From: Chrysomallon squamiferum
Taxonomy: Eukaryota; Animalia; Mollusca
DNA length: 64,000 nt
Reading direction: 5' to 3'
NCBI GenBank assembly: GCA_012295275.1
Contig: CM022678.1
Span: forward strand, 6,014,001-6,078,000
Shown: piece after piece, positions 1 through 14,423 of the stretch
How positions within the stretch are numbered: the stretch's first letter is position 1
How the letters are laid out: each line of letters opens with the position of its first letter
Notes under the pieces: model-generated
What the model was told of the DNA's origin: nothing
Databases searched by the model: none
The model's input: only the letters and a program-made list of their open reading frames with translations
Program-made: the position numbers and the translations under genes

Positions 1-1259
1 AAAGTCGAGACATTCGTCGTGTTGCTGTGCAGTGGTTCATTAAGCAACATCCTTGCTCAGAGTTCATTATTAACACGTATTTCGAAGATAAGAAGTTTGT
101 ATCTAACGGATCGTTAGCAGGTTTGTACTCGTCTATAGAAGCCGGACACGATGTCAAAGTCGCAAGCTCATACCAATACGCGTATTCACTTATGAACATC
201 GATGTTAGTAAACAAGGCGTGATTTTAGCGCAAATGTTTTGGCTTTTTGACACAGACAGGGAAAAAGATTATTTCGAATTTGAGAATCCACTGGAGCCGG
301 GTGTTGTAAACATATACTCAGACGACAAGGTCCACCTTATCTTGTATTTGCAGTATGCACACCTTTCGGTTACCTTATTTATTCCCTTCGATTACACGTG
401 GTACGTGGATTCCTGCTGGAAACACGTGTTTACGAATGATGAAAATGGAAAAGAACAAGGTGGGAGTATTTCCGAACTGATATCTGCCGTTGAGAGTGGA
501 CACAGGGTGAAGGTCGTTATGGGAAACTACTCGATTGAGGTGGACAACGTGAGGACACAACCAGGACAGGTTTCTGTTCAACTTTTGAATCGCATGAGTT
601 TCGACGAATCTGATATTGATGATGTAAAGATGTACTGGTCTTGGCAGATGGTTCACACGACGGGAACTGTCGGAACACGAGTTTTCACGTTTTATAACAC
701 AAGTTTTGTAAATGAGTCCACTGAAAAGAAAACAATCAAGTGGTTTGTCGACACACGACCATGGTCAAAAGTTTTGTCAACCAACAAAAACGGCGAGGTC
801 ACTTTTGGATCGAAAGCTGAGTTAAGGAAAGCCATTCTAAATGGCGCTGAAGTTCGTGTTGCTTTAAAGTTCGAGGACGACAAGAAAACTGAAGGAAGTC
901 GACGGAAGAGGCACGTCGGTTGGTGGGGGGTAGAAAGTGGATCTTGGTGGGGAAGACATAGTGGATCTAGAAGCAGAAACGGCGGTTCAAAATCATGTGT
1001 AGGAAGCGAATGGATGTTCTTCAAGGCTAGTAACCTGGAGTTAGGTCCTTCTGGAGAAGTTTCTGCCGAGTTACTTCAGAGTGTCAGTACTGAAGAAGTC
1101 GGGTCGGCCGAATTCAAGATCAAAGATGAACCTTTCTGGCGTTTCATGATCGTCTCGACTCAGGGAAATGTCGACATCTCTCAGAGACGTGTAGGGAAGG
1201 AAGTAGACGACGGCCACTTCTCAGTGAAACAAGCTGTCAACTGGTTTGTCAACTACTAA
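1..1259 (+). CDS. Secreted four-repeat protein, array copy 1 (5'-truncated by window; large coding exon)
   Basis: Open frame from the window start to TAA at 1257-1259. Near-identical to ORFs 9990-11369, 16272-17660 and 22286-23734. Ends in KQAVNWFVNY. Confidence 0.9.
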   Translation, partial: SRDIRRVAVQWFIKQHPCSEFIINTYFEDKKFVSNGSLAGLYSSIEAGHDVKVASSYQYAYSLMNIDVSKQGVILAQMFWLFDTDREKDYFEFENPLEPGVVNIYSDDKVHLILYLQYAHLSVTLFIPFDYTWYVDSCWKHVFTNDENGKEQGGSISELISAVESGHRVKVVMGNYSIEVDNVRTQPGQVSVQLLNRMSFDESDIDDVKMYWSWQMVHTTGTVGTRVFTFYNTSFVNESTEKKTIKWFVDTRPWSKVLSTNKNGEVTFGSKAELRKAILNGAEVRVALKFEDDKKTEGSRRKRHVGWWGVESGSWWGRHSGSRSRNGGSKSCVGSEWMFFKASNLELGPSGEVSAELLQSVSTEEVGSAEFKIKDEPFWRFMIVSTQGNVDISQRRVGKEVDDGHFSVKQAVNWFVNY

Positions 1260-1335
1260 CTTTGTTATGTTTAAAATATAAAACATTAACAATAAAAAAA
1301 AAAAAAATTGCTACTGCTTTTTATGTTTTTACTAG

Positions 1336-1379
<44 letters not shown>

Positions 1380-2378
1380 GTAATAATAATTATAATAATA
1401 ACAATAATAACAATAACAATGAACAGAAATACGGAAATATATACGCAATGTAAAGTCACAGACATAAATATACTTTATTATGTCTTTAGTATTTCTTCGT
1501 ATCTTAATTTTAATATACTGATTAGATACTGCAACAAGAACAAGAAGAATAAACAAACAAGAAAACAAACAAACAAATAAATAAATAATATGCAGCAGTG
1601 TTAGTAACAATCTAAATGAGGTTTACAATCCATTTCGTCGTGTAACTGAATTGAAATTATTAATCGTATATTATGATTGAAACTCCTTAATATTATTGTA
1701 TCGTAATGATACAGTACAGATTTAAAAAAAAAAAATCAAAATTTGAATAAATAAATTGAAATATTAATCAAAATAGAAATTAGAAAAGCCAATACAAAAC
1801 CTACAGACGTTATTTTCAATCAATATTGCTGATGTGTCTGACTTTATAATTTCTAACGTAATTCAATGACGTAATCAAACGTCGTTATGACGTATTTCAT
1901 TAAACTTTGAGATGTTCATTAAACTTATTCGACATTTATTCACTGATAGATATTTTCATACAGAAGTAAACTAGATTAAATATGTTTGCTTGATTTCTGG
2001 TCGACACCATATTTTTGGAGGCGTCCTTGGAAGCCATTGCTGCTTACATCAAAAGAAAAAATACGGTGCATTTAATACAGGCTAAAAAAGAATGTATACT
2101 ATTTTATTATCTTTGTAGTCAAACTAATAATTCAGGCAATCATTTGAATCAGAATATCTAGCATACATTTACATAAAACCCCGCGTTAAAACATGACTAG
2201 AGGGCACAATATTTTGGCTTTGAAATATAAAGGGAATATGCTGGATTAATGAAATGAAATGAAATAATAATAATAATAATAATAATAACGTGTGTTTTTT
2301 AGAATATAGTCAGCTTGAACGATGTAAAGACACCAAAACACCAGACTGAAATGTATTGTATGATTTGTTATGTATGTG

Positions 2379-2482
<104 letters not shown>

Positions 2483-3179
2483 GGTAGGATAAATCCTACT
2501 AGAAGAATTATTTTTATCAAAGTTCTTCCTTCTTCTGTTGTATTTACTTTTGTTTTTAATTACTTTATTCTATAATCCTGAAATCATAAAGTCATTTTAG
2601 GTCTCATTTTAAGTGAAAAATCTCTTTGTTTTCTGTTTGTCACACTAAACGGTACTATATTAATGATTTCATAAGAATTATTTTTAAAATACAACAAAGA
2701 TCCTCTATACAATTAACATGTAATACTTGCACTCACACGAAGCCACGCACACTGAGCACATCTGTTTCTGTTTCACAGAGCGTGTAAAGTTTCTAAGTAC
2801 AGTGATATCAGCGCTTGCCTGCTGCAAAAGATGTCGCAGGATCGATACCCCATAGATACCAGGAGTGACACTTGGTGATTAAAGAGCTCGCGTGAGGAGT
2901 CATGCAAATATTCTTGGTATTTTTCGAATTAAATCTGATCGTACTGAAGAGAAAGCATAGTTTGAACAACACGAAATATTTTAGGTTCAGAAAATACTTG
3001 GATCGTGTAGTAAGCTGTCAGGATGCATTATTTGGGAAAATGGTATTGTGACTATATATTACAACTCACATAGGACCCAGATACATAAAGAAAAAGAATT
3101 GAAAAAAATGATATAAAATAAAAAATAAATGAAATAAATAAATAAAAATAAAAAAAAAAATAAAATTAAAATAAAATAA

Positions 3180-3226
<47 letters not shown>

Positions 3227-3257
3227 CAACAATAATAATAATAATAAAAAATAAGAA

Positions 3258-3370
<113 letters not shown>

Positions 3371-3596
3371 GGATTTTCCACTTGGATTGTGGATGAATAA
3401 ATTCTTTCCAGCTCTTGATCGTCTAGTATAATATTTATATTCTGTTTCCAATTAATTGTTTGTCTCAGGATAAAATAAAAATAGACCTCTGTTTTACTTA
3501 TTCTTCTTAATTATATTAAGTCACCGTCGAAGGAAATTTTCCTGTTAAATTATGATCTATATTATTTTGTATTCCCCAAAACCACCACCACTGCAG

Positions 3597-3632
<36 letters not shown>

Positions 3633-3912
3633 AAGAAGAAAAGAAGAAGAAGAAAGAAGCTAAAAATGAGTGAACGTGAGTGTTGACTTTAACTGCGCAT
3701 GCTTTGAAAGATTTAAAATGTCAGGTCAGATGGTTCGTTTAGATTTTGCGTGTTTTACAAGATGTCAGCTTGAACGATATCAAGATAACAAGAATGCAGA
3801 GTGCACTAAGTTTGAAGTGTAATGTATGATTTGTCATGTGTGTGTATGCGTGTGTGTGTGTGTGTGTGTGTGTCTGTGTGCGCGTGTGTGTCACATATAT
3901 ATATATATATAT

Positions 3913-3954
<42 letters not shown>

Positions 3955-3999
3955 TAAATTAATCAGAGGATAAATCCTACAAGGAAAATACCTGTTCAG

Positions 4000-5470
<1,471 letters not shown>

Positions 5471-5784
5471 AGATAAAGAGAGAGAGATGGTTATTGCAGT
5501 TTCAAAATAAGCGTTTTTAAAGTACTGTACTTTTAGTTTGTAAAGTTAAAATAATACGAAAAGTTCAACTGGAATGTCATTTCTCACTTGGTTGCTTCCC
5601 TGTACTGTTTAATTGCTCTGTACTTTTGATTCTACGTCCTGGTACCTCCTGGGGTTTATTTTGTTTAAATCGTTGTAAACTCGAAAATCTGGCCATTGAT
5701 TTTTGGAAAATGAAACAAATAGATAGATGTACTTGACATCTGCCACATGACACGTGAACGAAAAAAAAAAAAAAAAAAAAGAAG

Positions 5785-5877
5785 AAGATAAATTAGAGGG
5801 GTGTCAAATCTCTTCTTTACTTAAGTTTCAGAAATCTGTGAATTTCGTTCAACAATTGGACCTCAGTCTCACAGAAG
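5785..5877 (+). promoter_or_regulatory. Putative core promoter and non-coding first exon of copy 2
   Basis: Block conserved upstream of copies 2-4, ending in AAG|GTATTT (GT at 5878). A matching acceptor TTTCAG| at 8956 lies 15 nt before the ATG. GATAAAT occupies the TATA position. Confidence 0.55.
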
Positions 5878-6041
5878 GTATTTCCATTTTGTTACAGTTT
5901 CTGTTACATTTTGATCCTTTTTTTTTTTTTTTCTTAGACTTTATTTTAATTGATGATTTGATAGTAAATGAATTCTGGTTTATCATTACCAATTTTAATA
6001 AATAATAACCGGTAGTGTGTGATTCTGCACAAATCAGTCTA

Positions 6042-6073
<32 letters not shown>

Positions 6074-6529
6074 CTTCTAATTAATTATTTATTTATTTTA
6101 AATATATATATTTTTATTTGTTGCTTTATTTATTTACTTAGTTACTTACTTACTTTCTTATTTCTTATTTACTTATTTATTTATTTATGCCAAGCAAATA
6201 TCTTAGAGAATAATTATAAAATGAATGAATAAATAAATAAATAGAAATATTAATTAATTAATTATAATTTATAAAAATATACAGAAAGGAAAAGTAAAAT
6301 AGAATAATAATAATTATTTGATTCTTTCACAATACTTTTGTAAATAATAAATTTTACAATATTCAGATGTTGAACAAATATTTTTTTGATAGTAGCATTG
6401 TTGGTTTCTACACAAATTAATTTATTTATTCTTTTATAAAATATTAATTTAAATAAATATTGTTATCAAATATATAAAGAAGCAAATCGACATGTAAATA
6501 AATAAATAAATAAATAAATATATAAATAA

Positions 6530-6564
<35 letters not shown>

Positions 6565-6811
6565 ATTATTTAATTAATTATGATTTTAAAAATGCAGAAA
6601 AAAGAAAGGTTATTATGTTTCACAGCAAATAAATACTAGTAATATTGTTACGAATATTTCCTACATACCAATAATATGTGATTCTACACAAATTATTCTT
6701 CGTTTTATTTAATTTAATTTAATTTAATTTAATTTTATATATTTATTTAATTATTTAATATTATTATACAAAAATTTCTTTCCAGATATCTTTAAAAAAA
6801 AATTATTTTAA

Positions 6812-6846
<35 letters not shown>

Positions 6847-7198
6847 ATTATAACAAATAAATTTTAAAAAATACAGAAAGAAAATATAAAGAAATTGTTC
6901 GAATATTTCGTACTAAATAAATACTAGTAACATTTGTAAATAATTTTTTTTTTAATTCAAATGTAGAAGAAATACGTTGTAGGTATCTGCAGAAAGTGTG
7001 ATTCTACACAAATTAGTCTTTCCTTTATTTATTTATTTATTTATTTATTATTTTACTTTTATTTTATTTTATTTGAAAAGAAAATTTGTTTTAAATAGAT
7101 GTTTTAAATAGATACATATATATAAATGCAGTTATTACTGCTACTATTAATGCAACTATTCAATTTCTGGTTGTTGATTTATTTATTTATTTATTGAT

Positions 7199-7241
<43 letters not shown>

Positions 7242-7525
7242 CTTATTTATTATTATTTAGTTTTATTTATTTTATTTTAGTTATACAAAACATATTTCCA
7301 GATTTTGAAAAGAAAAAATGTTTTAAATAAATGTTTTTATAATATATATATGCAGTTATTACTGCTACTACTAAATGCTATTACTTCAGCTACCAGAAGC
7401 ACAACAGTTAATTCTGCTACTACTACTACTACTGCTTCTATTTCTACTACTACAATGTCTATTGATTTTAATATACAAACCAAATGTATTATTTTAAATC
7501 TGTCTTTAGTTTTACTAATCAAGAA

Positions 7526-7584
<59 letters not shown>

Positions 7585-8791
7585 AATAAAACTAAATAAA
7601 CATAAGGTAAAAAGAAAAAGAAAGTATTTATTTGATGATTTCATTGTAAATAAATACTAGTTTATCATTACCAATATTAGTCAATAACAACCAGTAGTGT
7701 GTGATTCTGTGTTTATTTATATATTTACTTATTTAATTATTTTAATTATACAAAAATTTCTTTCCATACGTCTTTAAAAAATTATTATTTTAATAAATAA
7801 ATAATTAAATTAATCAATAAATTATAATAAATAAATTTTGAAAAATACAAAATGAAAATATTAACAATTTATTTGAATATTTCATACTTCCAGATTTTGA
7901 AAAAAATATATTTTTACATAAATCTTTTTATTAAATATGTATATAAAAAAGAAAGAAAGAAAGAAAGATAGATGGTTAGATAAATAAATAAAATACAATA
8001 AAATAAAATAAATAAAAAACAGAAGGAAGAAGAAAAAAGGAAGTATTTATTTTACGATTTGATAGTAAATAAATACTAGTTTATCATAGTCAACATTAGT
8101 AAATAAGAAACTTTACAACGTTCAAATGATTGACTTATGTATCTTATGATATTGTATTTTAATTATTAACTTACTAATCTATTTAGTTATTTACCTATTT
8201 ATTTATTTATTATTATTTTTTTAATACACAAACCCAGATTTTTTGAGATTTTTAATTATTTTTAAAATGTTACTACTAAATAGTTATTAATTAATTAAGT
8301 AAGTAAGTATCTAACTAACTAACTAACTAACTAAGTAACGAAATAAACGAATAGATAAATAGAACAAATAAAAATGATTTAGAAGAAAATGAATTAAAAG
8401 GGAAGAAATTATTTTAAAATACTGGATCAGAATTTTTACTAATATTACTACAATAACTATTTTTATCCTCACCCGATAGTGCTACTTTTAGTATGACTTT
8501 ATTATTACAACTACTAGTGCTGCTGTTTCTGCTAGTACTAGTTCCGTTACTTTAAGTTCTAGCACTAGTATCATAACTATCACTACTAATACTAGAAACT
8601 GCAACAACCACAGTTACCGAAATTACTACTGCTAATGCTGTTACTACAACTACCACTAACTACCAAGAAACTTGGAAAGAAAGTCACAAGTAAAAATGTA
8701 CCACTTTTAATAATAATCAGAAACTATTAGCACGACAACAACTACTCCCACTTGTACTACGATTTTACAACAACAACTACAAATACTACTT

Positions 8792-8857
<66 letters not shown>

Positions 8858-8971
8858 TCAACAACACTACTACCACCACCACCACCACCAACAAAAACGA
8901 CAACAGCCAGATCAACAAAAAATATATTTGTGTGATAATATTCAAATATTTTTCAGTTGAGATACAACAAT

Positions 8972-9623
8972 ATGGCGGTATTGACATCCACAATACTGCA
9001 CTTTGCAATATGTTTTCTTATTACACTGACGACACTGGAAACCATTTCTGCTGCTTGCGGTAAGAGCTTACTTATTTTTTATTTCTGATTTCAATTTTAG
9101 ATTTTCTTTTCCATTAATTCACTGCATATATATTTGGAAATGTGTGGGTGTCGGTGTGCTTGTGCATGTTGCGCGTGCTTGAATATGCTCTAGGACAGTG
9201 CGTGTGCTAATGTAATTAGGTTTTACAGTAAATGTGTGTGAATATATATATGGTATCTTTGAGTGGTGTATGTTGTCACTTAGTGTTTAATAAGTCCATG
9301 TATATCTCTGTATATCGGTCTAATTGAGGATGTTATTACATTCTATTGATAATGCATTTTCATCAGGGTCGGTGTATTTGTGTACTGTTGTTACGTATTA
9401 TTTGAATATTAATGTATTATGGATGTGTTTGTTTGGGTCCGAGTCTGTATTTGTGTCAGTGTGTTAAATACAAATCCTTCGTACATATTATTGTCATGTT
9501 TCTTAATCTTTATCAGTTAACATTATTAAAGATTGAATTTTTGAATAATAATGATGATAACAATAACAGTACATTAGTAGTAGTTGCAGTAGTAGTAGCA
9601 GTAGTAGTGGTAGTAGGAGTGAA

Positions 9624-9684
<61 letters not shown>

Positions 9685-11369
9685 TTAATATTAATAATAA
9701 TAATAGTAATAAAAACCAGAACAAAATAACAAGAACAAAAAAACCTACTGAAATAATAATCAAATATACAAAATCCTTTCCAGATTCCTGCGGCAGTCGA
9801 TGGCGTAAGGTTTATGAGACTGATCAGAACGGTTCCGCTGTTTCTGGCAACGTCGAGGATCTCTTCAACGCTGCCGAACACACTGAACCGGTCAGGTTTG
9901 TAATACCATCATGGGGAGCAGAAGGATACGCTAGCGATTCTGTATACAGTACATATTATAAGCGTGACATTCTCTGTTTTATTTCAACGATGCACGTAGG
10001 CAAGAAAAGCTGGGACACCTTTCTGAATCAGTCGTATCGTCAAGCAATACTTCTGTGTACAACCGGATATGTCGACGTTGTTCACTTTAAGCTGGACACC
10101 GGCTCACTTGAAAGTCGAGACTTTCGTCGTGTTGCTGTGCAGTGGTTTATTAAGCAACATCCTTGCTCAGAGTTCATTATTAACACGTATTTCGAAGATA
10201 AGAAGTTTGTATCTAACGGATCGTTAGCAAATTTGTACTCGTCTATAGAAGCCGGACACGATGTCAAAGTCGCAAGCTCATACCATAACGCGTATTCACT
10301 TATGAACATCGATGTTAGTAAAGAAGGCGTGATTTTAGCGCAAATGTTTTGGCTTTTTGACACAGACTGGGAAAGAGATTATTTCGAATTTGAGGATCCA
10401 CTGGAGCCGGGTGTTGTAAACATATACTCAAACGACAACGTCCACCTTATCTTGTATTTTCAGTATGACCGATTTTCGGTTACCTTATTCATTCGCTTCG
10501 ATTACATGTGGTACGTGGATTCCTGCTGGAAACACGTGTTTACGAATGACGAAAATGGAAAAGAACAAGGTGGGAGTATTTCCGAACTGATATCTGCCGT
10601 TGAGAGTGGACACAGGGTGAAGGTCGTTATGGGAAACTACTCGATTGAGGTGGACAACGTGAGGACACAGCCAGGACAGGTTTCTGTTCAACTTTTGAAT
10701 CGCATGAGTTTCGATGAATCTGATACTGACGATGTAAAGATGTACTGGTCTTGGCAGATGGTTCACACGACGGGAACTGTCGGAACACGAGTTTTCACGT
10801 TTTATAACACAAGTCTTGTAAATGAGTCCACTGAAAAGAAAACAATCAAGTGGTTTGTCGACACACGACCATGGTCAAAAGTTTTGTCAACCAACAAAAA
10901 CGGCGATGTCACTTTTGGATCGAAAGCTGACTTAAGGAAAGCCATTCTAAATGGCGCTGAAGTACGAGTTGCTTTAAAGTTTGAGGACGACAAGAAAACT
11001 GAAGGAAGTCGACGGAAGAGGCACGTCGGTTGGTGGGGGGTAGAAAGTGGATCTTGGTGGGGAAGACATAGTGGATCTAGAAGCAGAAACGGCGGTTCAA
11101 AATCATGTGTAGGAAGCGAATGGATGTTCTTCAAGGCTAGTAACCTGGAGTTAGGTCCTTCTGGAGAAGTTTCTGCCGAGTTACTTCAGAGTGTCAGTAC
11201 TGAAGAAGTCGGGTCGGCCGAATTCCAGATCAAAGATGAACCTTTCTGGCGTTTCATGATTGTCTCGACACAAGGAAATGTCGACATCTCTCAGATTCGT
11301 GTAGGGAAGGAAATAGACGACGGCCACTTCTCAGTGAAACAAGCTGTCAACTGGTTTGTCAACTATTAA
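8972..11369 (+). CDS. Secreted four-repeat protein, array copy 2 (557 aa; coding exons 8972-9059 and 9784-11369)
   Basis: Exon 8972-9059 encodes the signal peptide MAVLTSTILHFAICFLITLTTLETISAAC and ends at a phase-1 G|GTAAG donor. The acceptor TTTCCAG|A at 9784 continues in frame (DSCGSRWRKVYETDQNGSAVSGNVEDL...) into ORF 9990-11369. Confidence 0.9.
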
Positions 11370-13638
11370 CTTTGTAAATTTTAAAAGAATAAAATTATTA
11401 AAAAAAAAATAAAAATAAAAATACGCTCTGCAAAATAGTCTAAGATAACAAAGTAATAAATATGTATTAGTCTTTGCTTTTATTGTTTTCATTATTATTG
11501 TTTTTGTTGTTATTATTGTTATTATCAATGTTATTATTATTATTATTACTGTTGCTGTTTTTATATAATAATAACAACAACAACAATAATAATAATAATT
11601 AAATAAATAACTAAAATTCTTCTGTTTTACCATTACACTGAGGTGAAAGAGGAATAACATTTATTCAGTTCTCTGATGTTACATTTATGTGATATTTCAT
11701 TTACACAATCAAATCAAATAGTCATGTATGTACACACACACACACACACACACACTTTAAGGTGTCTTTACCATTTCTTTATATCTGAAATCAATGACTA
11801 TTTGGCAACGACAACATTAATAAATAAATTCAAAACAATTTCAGGCAAAACAATACAACAAGAATTAACAAACACAAAGAAACCAACAAAAAAAAACAAC
11901 AAAAAAAACAACAACAACAAATAAATAAATTAAGAAGAACTTTCAATCCTAAACCTTGAGTGTCAAACAGTATCAGCCGCTAGGAGCACTTGCTTTGGTC
12001 AGTTTCTGAGCTCCAAATGTTACCCTAATTTAATGTGTGATTAAAAGCAGAATGATATAATACGTCTGTTTATTTTATTAGGGGAATTCTTAATAAAACT
12101 ATAAATGAAAATCCGAAAACAAAGTGAAACTGGGAAGCAATGAAAGCGATGACGGAATGTTAGGACAAAATGGTTAAAATCGAAAATGGCAGATTACTTA
12201 AATGAAACATTTCAACCTATCTCGTTTCACATTTTTCCTAGCCTTCGACAAATAATTTGAATTGAAGCGGTAATGCTCGATTCATTAATGGTAATCCATA
12301 AGAAACCACAACTCAATATGAAGGTCTGTGGGATAAGAGCAAAAATAATAGAAGAGAGAGAGAGAGAGAAAAAAAATATATACTATTCAAGAACGACAAC
12401 TCTTAATTATTAGGAACGATCATACGTTCATATATCAATTTGAAACCGGCCAAAAATCGTATTATTTAAGCCTACTTTATCTAGGTCTTTAATCAAGGAA
12501 ACACTTTATTCAATAGATTCTGAATACTGATATCTTTTGAAATAATATTTTTTCTTTCTTTCGTTGTTAAAAAAGTCACAGTTGGGAACGAAGATTTCTG
12601 ACAATCTTAAAATGGAATATCTTTGTATATCTTTTTGTTGTTGTTTCATATGGGACTGAATGTCTGTTACGATGGCATAAAATACTTTCTTATTTCAGAA
12701 TAATAAATGTAAAAAAAGAATGCCTTATACAACGCAGTAAATCATGTAACTAAACTTAACTATAATCGTAGATTATAACTTTGAACGTTCGTATTATTAC
12801 TGCATCATAATAACACAGTAAAAATATGTATAAAAATACAATAAATATTTATAAAAATCTAAACGTAAAAGCATAATTAATAAAGATTAATCAAAAGATA
12901 AAAAAAAAAAAAAATAATAATGAATTTTAAAAATATAAAAATCAGTAATAAAACCTGCATTGGAACGTCTATTCAGACGTTGTTTTCAGTTCTGCCGATA
13001 TATGTTATTTTTAATTTTGTTTTACATATGACGTAATCAAACGTCAATATGACGTATTTGATTTTAATGGATCTCAGACCGAAATGTTTCAGTACCTCTT
13101 CTATGTGGTTGACATTTTCATGAAAAATTAAACCACATTAAATGATTTTAATTAGATGAAATGAGCTATGTTACTACAACGACAAACAGTTTGATTGCTG
13201 TCTACAGCAACCTTGTATGAAAAGCTATAAAGATGGAATTGAGCTGATGACTGCAAAACTCTGTCATTTAGGCCTACACATTGATTTTCGTATCGATGTT
13301 AAAATCTCGGTAAATCTCTGAAACATTCCTCTCGTTTAAATTGCAGACTGTTTTTTGGGGGGGTTTATGTGTTTTTTTTTTTTCCATTACTGTATTATTA
13401 CGAATTTTCAGAACAACAATTACCAGAGTAATAATAGTAATAATAATAATAATAATCATAATAATAATAATAATAATAATAAAAGTGATGATGACCATTA
13501 TGATGATGACGATGAAAACTATGACAAGAACGAAGACTAAAATCATATCAGAACATTTTTATTTTCCTATATTTGTCTGACTGTTTTGTAGAGGATATTC
13601 TATTCAAATCTAAATTTATTCTCTTAAATTTTACTCAA

Positions 13639-13751
13639 TTAATAGTTGACAAACCAGCTGACACAATAATATTATGAAGTTTCAAATCAACAATTACTAA
13701 TTCCGTTAGTTACACAAGAAAATTAATTGTAAATTTCCTCTACTGCTTTGT

Positions 13752-13796
<45 letters not shown>

Positions 13797-14300
13797 TATC
13801 ATAATCATCATAGCAACGACAACAACTTTTCAAGTAGCAATTTTTATTTTTGGTTATTGTTATTGTTATTCTTTTAAACTTTAAATCTGTTTTCTTCTGT
13901 TTTATTTATTTATTTATAAAATAATGTGGTACGAATCCTAATAAACTGATAAAAGTCTATAAACCTTCGGTGAGAATGAATTCAACTGCTGGACGAAATT
14001 CACAGATTTCTGAAACTTGAGTGAAGAAGAGATTTCAGATCTCTTTCATTTATCTGTTTCTTCTCGTTCACGTGACATGTGGCAGATGTCAAGTACATTT
14101 ATCTATTTGTTTCATTTTCCAAAAATCAATGCCAGATTTTCGAATTTACAACGATTTAAACACAATAAACCCCAGGAGGTACCAGGACGTAGAATCAAAA
14201 GTACAGAGCAATTAAAGAGTACAGGGAAGCAACCAAGTGAGAAATGACATTCCAGTTGAACTTTCCGTATTATTTTAACTTTACAAACTAAACGTGCAGG
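13639..14300 (-). pseudogene. Remnant of a fifth array copy: last 7 codons plus stop, and an orphan promoter/non-coding first exon
   Basis: 13662-13639 on the - strand reads GTC AGC TGG TTT GTC AAC TAT TAA (VSWFVNY*), the family C-terminus. About 13960-14300 is an inverted copy of the copy-2 promoter/first-exon region (about 5520-5880). Confidence 0.75.
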
Positions 14301-14346
14301 TGCTGCATTGCAGATTTCAAGCATTATTTGTTTAATTATTATTTCA

Positions 14347-14423
<77 letters not shown>

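Noticed and set aside
375-1024. Antisense ORFs (MNHLPRPVHL..., MKNIHSLPTH...) recurring opposite every array copy
   Set aside because: They are shadow frames of the real CDS and recur only because the copies are near-identical. There is no independent gene signal.
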